The notes below the pieces were generated by a model that searched no databases, was not told the origin of the DNA, and saw nothing but the letters and a program-made list of their open reading frames with translations. Shown here piece by piece: positions 11,198 to 22,884 of a stretch of DNA of 39,012 nucleotides (position 1 is its first letter; every line of letters starts with the position of its first letter). Made by a program: the position numbers and the translations under genes. Source of the stretch: Bigelowiella natans CCMP2755 (taxonomy: Eukaryota > Protista > Cercozoa); assembly GCA_000320545.1 (NCBI GenBank), contig ADNK01003287.1, positions 1 through 39,012 on the forward strand, in the 5' to 3' direction.

Positions 11198-12087
11198 CTG
11201 AGCACGCTGCAATCGCTGCAGTGATCCGGGACACTTTGCCCATCTCCAGATCTCTGCTAGCTTTGGCTAGCGTTGCTGTTCCTTGCTTGCGCATCATGCA
11301 TGCATGTGCACCCCTGGCTAGATCTGGAGATCCCTGCCAGATCCGCAACGGCCAATCTCATGAGATCCAGTGATCTAGCTACTAGCTAGCTAGCTCACCT
11401 AGCTGTCAATTTGCATCCTGCTTTGCATTTTTGCATTTTCTCATGCATTGAGTGCAAACATGCTAGCTAGCTAGCTTGGCGCACTAGCGCACCTGCGCGT
11501 GATCGATTTTGGCACGCGCATGTCCTTTTTTAGCGCCATGTTGTGCGAGCAAACGATGGCACTGGCTGCGCTGCTGCAGCGTGACACCAATGCAACTTCC
11601 TAATCCAGTGATGACGCGCCATCTAGCTGTGTCTAGATGTCATTAGAGTTTCATCAATCACGACGTTTTGCTCATCGAACACTCACTAGCTCATGTCTAC
11701 ATCTTTGCTACTCTAGTAGTCCCCTTGCTAAAAAGGTGGCGATGCGCATGCACTCGCATGCGCTAGTGCGTAGAACTGCTCTGACTAGCTAGTCCTACAC
11801 GTTAACTGTCAGACTAGCCAAAAGTGTGAATCTCGGCAACGAGGGCGGCTAATGAGGTGCGTGCAGGCGTTGTGCTCTAGTGCTAGCATGATGATGTCTG
11901 TTTGATTTCTACCAAGCATGACAAGAAATAAGAGGAATTTAGTGACATAGAGCTAAAGCACCTGTTTATACAGTATAGATCTCTAACGCACAAAATGGCA
12001 ACTTCGCACGGATTCATTTTTGCATGCATCGCGTTCAGTGGTCGAACTAGGTACGAATGAAATTATATGGGAGATATTTATATTTCA

Positions 12088-15000
12088 TCAACTGTTTCCC
12101 ATAAGAAAACCAAGATAGCCAGCGTGACCACTGCATACCCGAAAGCCTCTTCCGGTATCTACGATGAAACAAGTTTAAGTCAAATGTATCAAGAATTATA
12201 TTTTGCAGACGGCACCACCTGGCACAGCCTTTCCGTTCCTATCAAGTAGCATTTCAATATCCTCATCTGTGATATCATCTCCTATCTTCCTGTGTAAGTC
12301 CCCCTCTTGATTATTGAAAACCGCCTAAAAATTGAAGAAAAATGAGAAGTTTGAGTTCAAAAATTACGATAAAATAAACGAAAGTCAACCTTCAGGTCGT
12401 CAAGTGTGACACTGGCTTTTGGATTCTAATGACAAATAAAGTTACACTTGCATGTGGAAAAACACATTAAATATTCTGTAACCTCCTCCGCTTTTCTCCT
12501 CTTGTAGTTAAATTTCCCGGCTGTAATGACCAATTTCTCCAGTTTTCGCTGAGAGTTTGGGGATCAGGTATACAAACATGTATGAAATAATATGAGAATA
12601 TAACACATGATTCAAACACATGATTTTCCTTCAGTTTCCCCCCTGAAAACCTTGCTGCTTGCCCTCTTCAAAAGCTGACTTTCTACAGAATTCTGCGTAT
12701 CAAAAGTGATAAGATACGGTCCATATAAACAATAAGACTGAGATCTCACTGGTGTAATGAATCTGTAGATCATGACTTTTTCAGTTTGTCCAAACCGGTG
12801 ACATCGATCTTGAGCTTGACTGATTTGTATTAATAACAAATTCCATGAAAGAAGAATAGGCTTGATTAATTAGGATTAAAATTACGCAACTATTCACAAA
12901 ATCAATTTCCCCCATGCGAAACACCTCCACAAAGAAAGAGGAATCCGCAGATACCTATCTTGGTGGGGATTCCAATCTGAGTCGTAGATGAAGCAAGTGT
13001 CTGCAGCTGTTAAGTTAACCTGATGGTAAAATACATTGTAAGACCAAATATTTCAAAGAAATCACCTTTCCATACCCCTAGTCCACCAGCTCTAGTGCTG
13101 AGGAGAAAGATGCTGTATTTGCTGCCAGGTCTCTGGAACCGATCCTAATTGATGAGTCTGAGTCAATCAAAGAGTAGAGCTAAAATATAATGCAGGAAAT
13201 AAGTAACCATATTTTCCTGCCTCTCATCTGCCGACATCGATCCGTCGATTCTGCACACTTTCCATCCTAAAAAATAATAATGTAAGAATAAACGAAAAAA
13301 AAGTAGCTGAAAGCAACCTCTCATGGTGCAATAGTCCTGAATAATATCCAGCATTTTGGTCATCTGGGAGAATATTAGCATCTTGTGCTTTTCCTTCAAC
13401 AAACTGAAATGTTAAGGAGTAGTCAGTTGATAATTCTATTTCCTTGGTAAAGACTTACCGCTTCAGCATTCGATCCAACAAACGCATTTTTGCGCAGCAG
13501 GTAACTATTTCCTCCGTCTGATAAGGTTGCAAAATTAGAGATAGTGACGTGCAAAGAATCACATATGTTATACCGTTTCTGGATCCCCTTCTTCTGCTGC
13601 GGGTTCGTGAATCAAGTAAGGATGATTGCATACCTAAGAAAATCACCAAATTCTGAGTTTCTTATCTGAGTCAAACCTAGCGATTACAACCTTGCGCAGC
13701 TGCATCAACGAATTCTGCATTGAAGTAGGTCTAATCCCCAATACCTAGAAATTCTAATGAGACGACAGTTCGCATATTCGGTATCCAAAAAATTAAACCT
13801 CCTTAGTTTTCCTCTCCACAATGCACTTGTAGAAGGTTCTTTGCACTTCCGTTAGTCCAGGATATAGAACAATTTCCTTCTTCTCTGGGAGTTGGTCCAA
13901 TACGTTGACCTAATAGTAGTTTCACCCGTTACCCAGATATACTCCCGATATAAAGAAATCTGAGGTAACTAATGTTAAATCATCTTCACTTTCAGTCTTC
14001 GGAGAACGAAGGGCCTTAGAATTTCGTGGAGCTTGCTGAGGACTTGGTGTCTCGTTTCTTTCCTAAAAAATCGAAACTCTCATTTCGACGCTATTTAATC
14101 GACGTTAGTTTCCGTTCAGTTCACTCAACTGCAACAACGCTTGTCTTCCATCGTCGTCTTCGATTGTTCTTTCGTCAAAATCGAACCTGAAATGTGCCGA
14201 ATTTTACCGAAACATCAAAAATGTAGACAACAACACTAACCAGTGTTCGAAGCTTGCCAAATTATCAAATATAAGAGGAAGCAGGAAGTTCATTAGGGAC
14301 CTAAGAATACAAGAGAAAAACTTGAAGATACATTTTGGAAACCTTAAATGAGATTTACCATAGCTCACGTAGGTTATTTTGGAGAGGCGTGCCAGTCAAA
14401 AGTAATCGATTTTGCTGCAACGAATTAGATCCCGAAATTTTTGATTTGTTTGATATTTTATTGCTTAGTTAATTTGAAAAACAATAAGTTGGTAAATTGA
14501 AGAAATTCGCTAGTGCTTGTTATACCGAGTTGTAAGATTTTAAGGTCTTAAGAAGTTTGCAATTCATATTCTTAAGTCGATGGCCCTCATCCACAATAAG
14601 TTCGATCCACTTGTATTTGCCTAAAACAGCTTTTTGCATAGTAAAATATAAATCAGTGCAGAAATGCGTTTGTGTGTGAACATGTGTGTGTGTGTTCGTA
14701 AAATAGAGAGACTCAACAAGCAAAGTGGATGAATCTAAAAAAGTCTTACCTTTATCCACCATGGTCATTTCGTAAGAAGTGACAACAACCTAGATTAATA
14801 ATTCGTCAACGTTCATCGTACTTCATCATCAATATGATTTCATCAAACCGGAAACTTCTTGTCTTTCTGTTTTCGAAATTCCTTTCGACGGATTGCTTCG
14901 CGCTCCTGCCAGGACACTCATCATGTATGATAACAAAATTAGGAATAATCTTATCTTACCGTCTTGTTTCCGTGGTAGAAACAAACTGGCCAGTTCGGTA

Positions 15001-15928
15001 GCCATTTCTGAAATTCCTTCACCCAATTGCGTAGAGTACTTAAAGGAGCGACAATCTACGAACGAAAATTGTTAGAGGACAGTCTGAAACTAATAAAAGA
15101 AAGTACAAGGATAGGCCCGAAAACGTTCTTGGCCCTCAGGTGTCCAACAAAAGCGACAATCTATTCGACATAAGTGACCTTAATTATTCGTCGATTTGAT
15201 CAACTAAAAAATAATCGTTCATCTAAAATAAGCTTTCATCTAACCTGAATTGTCTTTCCTAGACCTGGTAAAGAGGAAACGATATTAGAAAGCATTTTAA
15301 GTCTTACACAAATGAGAAGTACCCATTTCATCCGCAAGAATTCCATTCAGACCATTCTGATACAATGAAGTCAGCCATTCAACGCCTTGGAGCTGATAAC
15401 TGCGAAGCTTTCCACCGGCAACAATTTTTTGTAAAGGGTGATTGTCGATTCTGTATGTTTCAGGAGTTTTCTCAGTTTAGGATGCTACAAATATTTTCAT
15501 CAGTTCGAACATATTCATCAATTTCCTACTCGCTCTTGATCTCATCCTCCGACTTTTTCTGTTTCTTCGTCTCGAAACTCGCAGACAGCTTATCTGTGGT
15601 ATTGTTAAGTTGCTTTCGAATTTTTTCAGGAACTTTGTTTATCAGGAACTCCGAGTACACTGAGGTTTTCGTCAGCAAATCGTTGAGCCTAAAAGAGAAT
15701 ATTATAGTCGCAGCTTCGAAGATAAAAGTGATTTTACTTCTTATATTTTGGGTTGTTCTCCATTGCAACAGGTTCAATTGTGCGATGGTTCAATGATGTG
15801 TCAGTCGATCCTCTGGGAGTGATTTGTGTGGCTCGTGGTCGCCTCTCATACTTATCAAGACTTTTTGGAGATGAAATGCAAACGCGATTGCCACTTGTTC
15901 TCAGTAATTGAATTATATTTGTTTCCAT
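12088..15928 (-). CDS. DDM1: DDM1/LSH (HELLS) subfamily SNF2 chromatin-remodelling ATPase, more than 20 short exons
   Basis: [15 protein letters not shown] (DDM1/LSH N-terminal motif); [31 protein letters not shown]|GLGKTIQ; [11 protein letters not shown]; [14 protein letters not shown]; [18 protein letters not shown]; [17 protein letters not shown]; CNHPYL; [15 protein letters not shown]; RIDGS; [11 protein letters not shown]|[17 protein letters not shown]|[11 protein letters not shown]; [11 protein letters not shown]; [12 protein letters not shown]; stop at 12088-12090. Start codon is less certain. Confidence 0.93.
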
Positions 15929-16035
15929 GTTTGTAAAAAAGGGATCTCTTTTGAAGTAATCAGGACATTCGACCTGTCCAAATTTAAGTCTTAGAAATTA
16001 ATGAAGTAATTCTCATGGGTATTCTTACGTAGACA

Positions 16036-19000
16036 ATGAGCGGATCATGTCGTAAGCCTTTCTGTTAAATTGCATCGGCTTCGGAAAGGCCAGGTTTTGG
16101 CGGGAAAGAGATGATAGGGAAGGCCTTCTCTGAAATGTGCTATTGAATTCTAGAATTCATTCTGTAGGGTACGAATACAGAACTTCCAGACTTCGAAAAA
16201 AGTGGTAAACCAAAAGGCAAATGGTTTCCCGCGTTCCAAAAACGCAATGTATTTTCTGCGAAGAAGAATTAAATCCTTCTGTCGCAACTTACGAAATAAC
16301 AACCAAACGGAAAAACACTTTGAAGGGGTGGGGGAACAAGGAGTTGCAACGAGATAAGGTTGATGTAGAGAGGGTGGTATCCGCTTAAGTATACCAATAG
16401 CCTTATATTTGATGTTCCGGTTAGAATGATCAGGGATATTCCTCCCGACCGGAAGGAAGGCGAGCCAATTCCAGCGTTCAACATAGCCGTAAATGTTGAT
16501 GCAACCGTCGCTGATTTCCTGGAAAACTTCACGGAACCGACGTGGAAAGAGGTTTGAATTCGGTTTCTCAGCAAAAGTCTAGTAATTCATCTTGGTGTAC
16601 TCAGGTGGCATCTTTGGTTCTCAAATTTGGAGTAAAAATAATCCAGAAGCATTACAAAACTTCTAGCCTTACAACCCGGAAGCTTAGGTCTTGTTATTAT
16701 TTAATATCATTCCTGGGAAATACTAATCAACGTTAATTTTAGAAACGTAGTGAAGTTTCTGGACGTTCAGCAGAGACAGAATCTCACCAAGGTGAGTTAA
16801 CTTAGCAGGAAGCCACTCGTTCTTATAACTCATTTCATTTTAATATACAGTGGAACGTGATGCCAGAGACCATGCCAAATCCCACCCCAAAACAAGGCAA
16901 AATGACCCATCATGGTAGATTTTGCTTAATATTTAAAAAACTGTGATACATTATTTTATGGGCACGTTTGATCATAGGAGATGCCTTTGGGAACAAAGAT
17001 AGGAAATGTTCTAATCCCACTGTTACACTGATTCAAGGTTCTTTTACTTCCATTCCTTTCAACAAAATTTGTAATAATTGCTCTGCTTGTGTAGGGATAA
17101 AACAGAAACCTTCGTCTTCGTGGAGACACAAGAACAATTCGAGATATGGCTCGAGTATCTACCCTGAATGGTGGTACAACGCTTCTGACACAACAAACGG
17201 AAAAGGTTGTTCCCCTGCTTTTCAAGAAGGTTTTGCCAGCTACAAATTTTGCACATAAATTCCAGGGAATCCGTTTTTGGAGAGAGAGCAAGACGAAAAG
17301 CCCTCAAACTTGGAATCCATGCAGAAAGCTAAGTCAACCTTTTCCAACAAGGAAGACTCCAAGCAGCGAAAAGTAAAGATAGGTTCTCAGCTCAGGAAGC
17401 GTCAAAAACAGAATAAAGAGAATGGAGCAAGGTTGGGATGACCGAAGACAAGAAGTCAGATATTTAATGTCACGATGCGTTTACTCAGGAACCAAAAACC
17501 TCCATTTATCGCCGTTACTAAGAGAGCTGCAAAATCAAGATCGAAGAAATCAGTGCATAAACCACTCTTCCTTGGAAGTGTTCAATCCAAAATAAAAGAT
17601 CTTGTTGGGGCAGACAAGCGACGATACAATGCCAATTCACTCTTTAAGAAGAGTTTGAAAGGTAAGGTTAAGGTTGCAGGTTAGGTCTGTGGTAATACGG
17701 GGTAACATGTTCCTCAAACTTTAGGGAAAACAGCAAGGCCAAAAAATAGGGGTATGAAAGAAGCTTCAGGTAACAAATGGGTAAAGTCTCGAAGCTCTAT
17801 CATAGAAATCGGTATTAATTAATGCAAATATTGCGGAATTTGAACAATAAAATTCAAACCATAAATGCCAATCGACAGACAAGAAAATCTTTCGGAAGAA
17901 GAAAGATAAACCGTCAATGAGGGTCGGCGAGGTCAAATATGTTTTATTTTAAAACAAAAAAGGGTAACGACGTTCTAAAAATGGGTTTCGTGTCTTTCAG
18001 ATTGATCTGCTGTCACCTCTTCTTCGGACTTCGACCGAGTCTCCAGCGGATATTGCCCGTAAATTCTCCCGCGAATCCTTGATTAGGCTGTTCGGTATTA
18101 GTAGACCTTTTAAATCGAATTTATGACCCAAGCATTGAAATTGGTGTTGTAACATCAATCGAGTAGGCTCAGCGGACGCGTTTTCGTCTTTTGATGAGCT
18201 TGGCTTATTGCGACAGTCGGCTTCACTCCCCTCGGCTGCTGCTAGTGGTGGTGGTACCATTGGCACAAAGCCAAATCAATTTAGGGGCCAGGATTCCAAG
18301 CATGGTCGAAAACGAGTTCTTAAACACAATCACGACGAGCGTAAGGATTCAAGGCCCAGTGGACATTTCACATCTTCATTAGGTGCATACCTTGACGAGG
18401 ATAACAACGATCCCGGAAAATCACATATACCCACAGATAGTAATGGTAATACCAATGAAGATGCCGATGAGGACGTGGACTTTGGCAAGAACAATACTGG
18501 TTTAGTAAAAGGGTTGCCGTTATACACAGATAACGGTGTAGAGCAGCATCATAATAATCCACAACCCCAAGGAGAGAAACCTGGGGAGAACCTTGAGTTC
18601 GATGACGACGACGATGATGATGATGATGAAGACGGAGGTATGATCCTTAATCCCGATATTTCTATCAACGAAATCGGAGACGAAGGTACCACCAGAAAAG
18701 GGGGTGTTAATATTGATTCTGGCATATCTGCAAATGAAGAATCTTCGAAGGCCTTACTAAAAGCCACAAAGCTCGACCAGGAAGTCAGCCCAGTTAACAT
18801 CGAAGATTCAGTAAACAAACAAAAATCTTTCGGAGTACCAGTTGATGGCGCCTCTTCTGACGGTGACGGAAGTAGTGGAGAGGAGTCAGAGATGCTTAAA
18901 AGGGTATGATCCACCTTCGTTTGAGTATGAATGGTTCATGTTTTCATGAGCAAAAATAATGTTAGGTGAAGGCAGATCTTCATGGAATTGAAGAAATGCT

Positions 19001-19253
19001 AGCTGAGCTAGGGAAGGATACAGGTTTGTCTAGAAAATATGTCTGCTGTAGGTGCTCACTCCGACTCACTGCTACTTATCTGCTTTTTGCCCAGAAAACT
19101 TGATCAATCAGTCTCATCAAACACGCCTTGAGGAATTGGAGAATGGTGTTAATATTGGTACGGATGAATCTTACACCACAGACCTCCTGTCTTACGTTAT
19201 TCCGACTAGTGGCGAGAGTGGGGACACATAATACCGTGAATAACACAAGATAG
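16036..19253 (+). CDS. Hypothetical protein, multi-exon, basic middle and acidic disordered C-terminus; start uncertain
   Basis: Phase-compatible exon chain: DIPPDRKEGEPIPAFNIAVNVDATVADFLENFTEPTWKE|VASLVLKFGVKIIQKHYK..|NVVKFLDVQQRQNLTK|..|KPSSSWRHK..SSIYPEWW; large exon in ORF 18208-18909; VKADLHGIEEMLAELGKD; probable stop at 19251-19253. Confidence 0.65.
16095..16233. promoter_or_regulatory. E2F-type sites upstream of DDM1
   Basis: TTTTGGCGGGAAA (16095-16107) holds overlapping TTTGGCGG and TTTCCCGC on opposite strands. TTTCCCGCG is at 16225-16233. Both match the TTTSSCGS consensus. Confidence 0.55.
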
Positions 19254-19329
19254 ATAGCGGCATTGTGTTGGTACAAAGGGCAAGCAATGTACATTACAAA
19301 GAAATCATAGAAAAACAGAGCCAAACTGA

Positions 19330-19660
19330 ATTGCAGGGTACATATAGCATCGCGCGACTACATGCTAGCATGCACCGCGCTAGCGCGCCAGCTGTACGCA
19401 GCCGTATCTAGCGTATGTTGCTTGCATTGCGGCTAATGATATACCAACGTAGCACTGTGCATGCTAGCTAGCTAGCCTAGCTCCTGCAAAACATGTTACA
19501 CACTCTCGCGTGCATGTCGTGCTGTCGTCAATGCGTACGCTACGCTATGTAGCCTGCTGTGTGTACATGATGTTTGGAGTTCATCATGCATAAAACCAAT
19601 CTTATCATTCTTCTTGCTAGCTTGCACAAAGCTAGCTGGTCGATTCTCGGTTGCATAGCC
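19330..19660. other. TpA-depleted, CTAG-rich island 3 (convergent intergenic)
   Basis: Contains catgctagcatgcaccgcgctagcgcgcc and gctagctagctagcctagct. Lies between stops at ~19253 (+) and 19662 (-). Depletion is weaker than in island 2. Confidence 0.7.
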
Positions 19661-19661
19661 T

Positions 19662-20110
19662 CTACTCAAAGAAAGGGTTTTTCCGTGGAAGTCCACCATC
19701 ATATGGACCCTGAAATTATTGAAAAATAAAATCAAAATGAATACCACAGCTAGAGATCCCTCTGTTCTTTCATGCTAGTTAGTACCTCAATGCGCATGGC
19801 GTGGCGGATAGTTCCCGGCTCAGCCATGCCCCTAGCATGGAACCCACTAGTATCGGCAATGACGAAGGTAGTCTTTGCTGATGTTGTCATCACGCTCCTC
19901 GGCTCAAATCCCAACTTGTAGGGTCATCGCACAATTAGAATATGAAATGTTAGACATTGTTGGCAGCAGTATCAACAAATACGTCATATATACCAAATGA
20001 AATGAATAGCTAAGCAACATCACCTCCGTCTCGTCAACATCCAATCTTATCGACGGCTCCTTCAGCACGTGTGTAGCAGGAGGAACGGTCATTCGATAGA
20101 GCTGCAAGGA

Positions 20111-20155
<45 letters not shown>

Positions 20156-21371
20156 CACATGCACACACATTGAGAGAGTACATTACGATGTTCCTCTTAG
20201 CTTTGTCTTCTGAGAACTTAAAATTACCCATTCCAACTTCCCCGGCGTGTTACGATGACTCCCACGTACAAAATTCAATGGGCCTATGGTTATAATGATG
20301 ATTATGGTGATGATGGTGATGATAATAATGATGATTATGATGATGGAGATGGAGACGGTGATGAAAATAATGAAGCAATGACGATAACAACTACGTGCTT
20401 ACAAAAATAGGAGACGAGGAGGCAAGTCAACCGCATAATGGTCATTCTTGAGAGTAAGGTAGTACCTTGATCTACGGTTGTCTCGTTCATGTATATCCAT
20501 ATTTTGTACCTAAAACGATTGGCATATCAGAGAAAAATCAGGAATATATTTATTGGACAATTCTATGGTCTTTTATAGCTTAATAGCTACACTGAATCAT
20601 TATCATCATCATAATCATCATCATCATCATCATCATCATCAAGCAAAAGAGAATAAATAGCATTGAGAGTTTAATGGCTTTATTACGCTGCATGAAACGT
20701 GTCCACGTGCATCTGATACTGAGCATCGCCAGCCAGATGCTGCAATGCAACAATAATCACAAATAATAATGGGTAATAGTAGTAGTAGTAGTAGTAGTTT
20801 AAATAGCGTTTTTGTTAGTATCGTCGCCAAGGCAAGAGCCTTGCTTGATCTCCATCCGAGAAGATACTCATACCAAAGTAGTTGAAGTATTATTGTGAGG
20901 ATGGATTGACAAAGGTAGTAACATGCAATATGTTTCTCTTCCAATCAGTACTACAATGATGTGTAGAAACCACCTTAACCGGCCGATCCACCCAGCGTAT
21001 TGGAGGCAGCTCGTTGATGTCAAATCCGGAGACCATCGCCATTATGCCTTGTATATCCTAATCATGAGGAGTGTATATGATGATGTTCCGCCAACAGCAT
21101 TCATGAGGTAGTACTAACCTCGCAAAACCTATATTCTCTTGTCATATTACACACCATCATCATCATCACCCTTGATATCTTCAGTACTATCATCATCCGC
21201 AGAAGCTGCACTCACCTCACTCGATAGTTCCGAGAAATTCTTGGCCAAGATTCCATCCCTCATGAACGTCTCGTAGTCTGGATGCTTGTGATAGCTGCCA
21301 GGATTTGGACAAATAATAAGAAAGAGATACTATTTCAGCGTCATGCTGCTACAACAGCGGTTTTGTAGATT

Positions 21372-21438
<67 letters not shown>

Positions 21439-21715
21439 TACATCTTTAGAATGGAGTACCAAAATAGAGAACAGAACAGCTTTGATATTCAAAATAACGT
21501 GATGATGATGATGATGATGATAATGATAATGCAAATTACCCTCGTTGTCTTCGTCGAGAATCGGCTATTTTCTCAGCCAGAAGACACCGAAGCAGGTGCA
21601 GGCTGCAGAGGTAATGAGAAACATGGGTGAGGATTATAGTAAAGGTATGTCGCACGAACAGAAATTGTTCTGGTAGAGAGATAAAAAGAAAGAGGAAAGG
21701 ATAAATGCAAGTGGG

Positions 21716-21746
<31 letters not shown>

Positions 21747-21952
21747 CGGTTAACAACCATGCTGAAACAATGCTGCTAAAAATGAAACATAGATCAATTT
21801 AACTCAGCCGATTTCTTTCAGAAGTAAGAAGAATTTCGCAAAGTAATACTTCCTCGCAATATATTGTGTAATCAGTAGTATAGCATCCATCTTCCGCCCA
21901 CGTGAATACGCACCCAACAAATTCATTTTAAATGATAAATATTCATACTTGG

Positions 21953-22001
<49 letters not shown>

Positions 22002-22829
22002 GTATATCATATTTGTGGGATCTGGGAGGGGGATAGGAAGACCTACCCCTTGTTATTAAGAGTAGGATGTGGAATGTATCGTTCATGAGAGAAGATCTGA
22101 ATTATGATCGGGACAACGACGGGGGAGAAGAAGAAAGAAATGAAGGATTAGCAGTTTTGATTTCTGCATCATATAGATATAGAAGTATGATGATAAGGTA
22201 TGTTTAACAGCAATATATTGTGCTCTCTATTGCTGCTCTACTGCTGACCTATTATTAGAATGTGTTCTTCTATCTGTTCTTAACCTCATACCTTTCTCAG
22301 GAATGATGGATCCTGCTTCATAAGCTCTTCTTCTAGGACAGATACCTTTTTCCATCATAGCATATTATGAGCTTGGAGAAGCAATATAGAAATAATCTCA
22401 CTACTACTTTATTTACTGTACTGTACGATGATGATGTTCACATAGATAGTAGTACCTGGGTGTTATTTACTGTACGATGATGATGTTCACATAGATAGTA
22501 CTACCTGGGTGTCGGTGATGCGTTCCAAAGTGCTTCTATCCTCTTCGCTCAGATGGTCCGCGATCAACTTCTGGAGCTGTGTTTTCATATTGAGTGAGAG
22601 CAGGAAAAGGGGAGAGGGGGGGGGGGGGGTGAGAGGAGGTTTGATTTTGGGTGTTGTTTTGGAATAGGAAGAAGTAGGTACTAGTTCGGTGTTATCGAAT
22701 GTTCACAAACCGCTGGGTATAGATCCTTATCCGACATTGCGACCTCAGCATTACTATTTGATGCTACGTCCTGGAAAAGATGGCCTTTGCCTTCATCGGC
22801 TTGCAGATACCTGACGAGAAGGGAGTAAC

Positions 22830-22884
<55 letters not shown>

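Larger units (their letters stand above)
10010..12050. other. TpA-depleted island 2 (largest), probably degenerate transposon-derived DNA
   Basis: Hand count: 1 TA (in CTAG) in 10221-10580 and 0 TA in 10810-11257. (CTAG)n runs at ~10611, ~11382 and ~11463. Lies between convergent stops at 9483 and 12088. Confidence 0.9.

Noticed and set aside
10763-11373. Five overlapping ORFs, or a CRISPR-like array
   Set aside because: A stop-free 10-bp minisatellite in TA-depleted DNA opens several frames. There are no unique spacers and no cas genes, and the context is eukaryotic.
10010-12050. RIP or CpG-methylation decay as the cause of CA/TG enrichment
   Set aside because: RIP increases TpA. CpG decay removes CG and does not remove TA. 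Here TA is lost and CG is abundant (gcgcgc, cacgcg).
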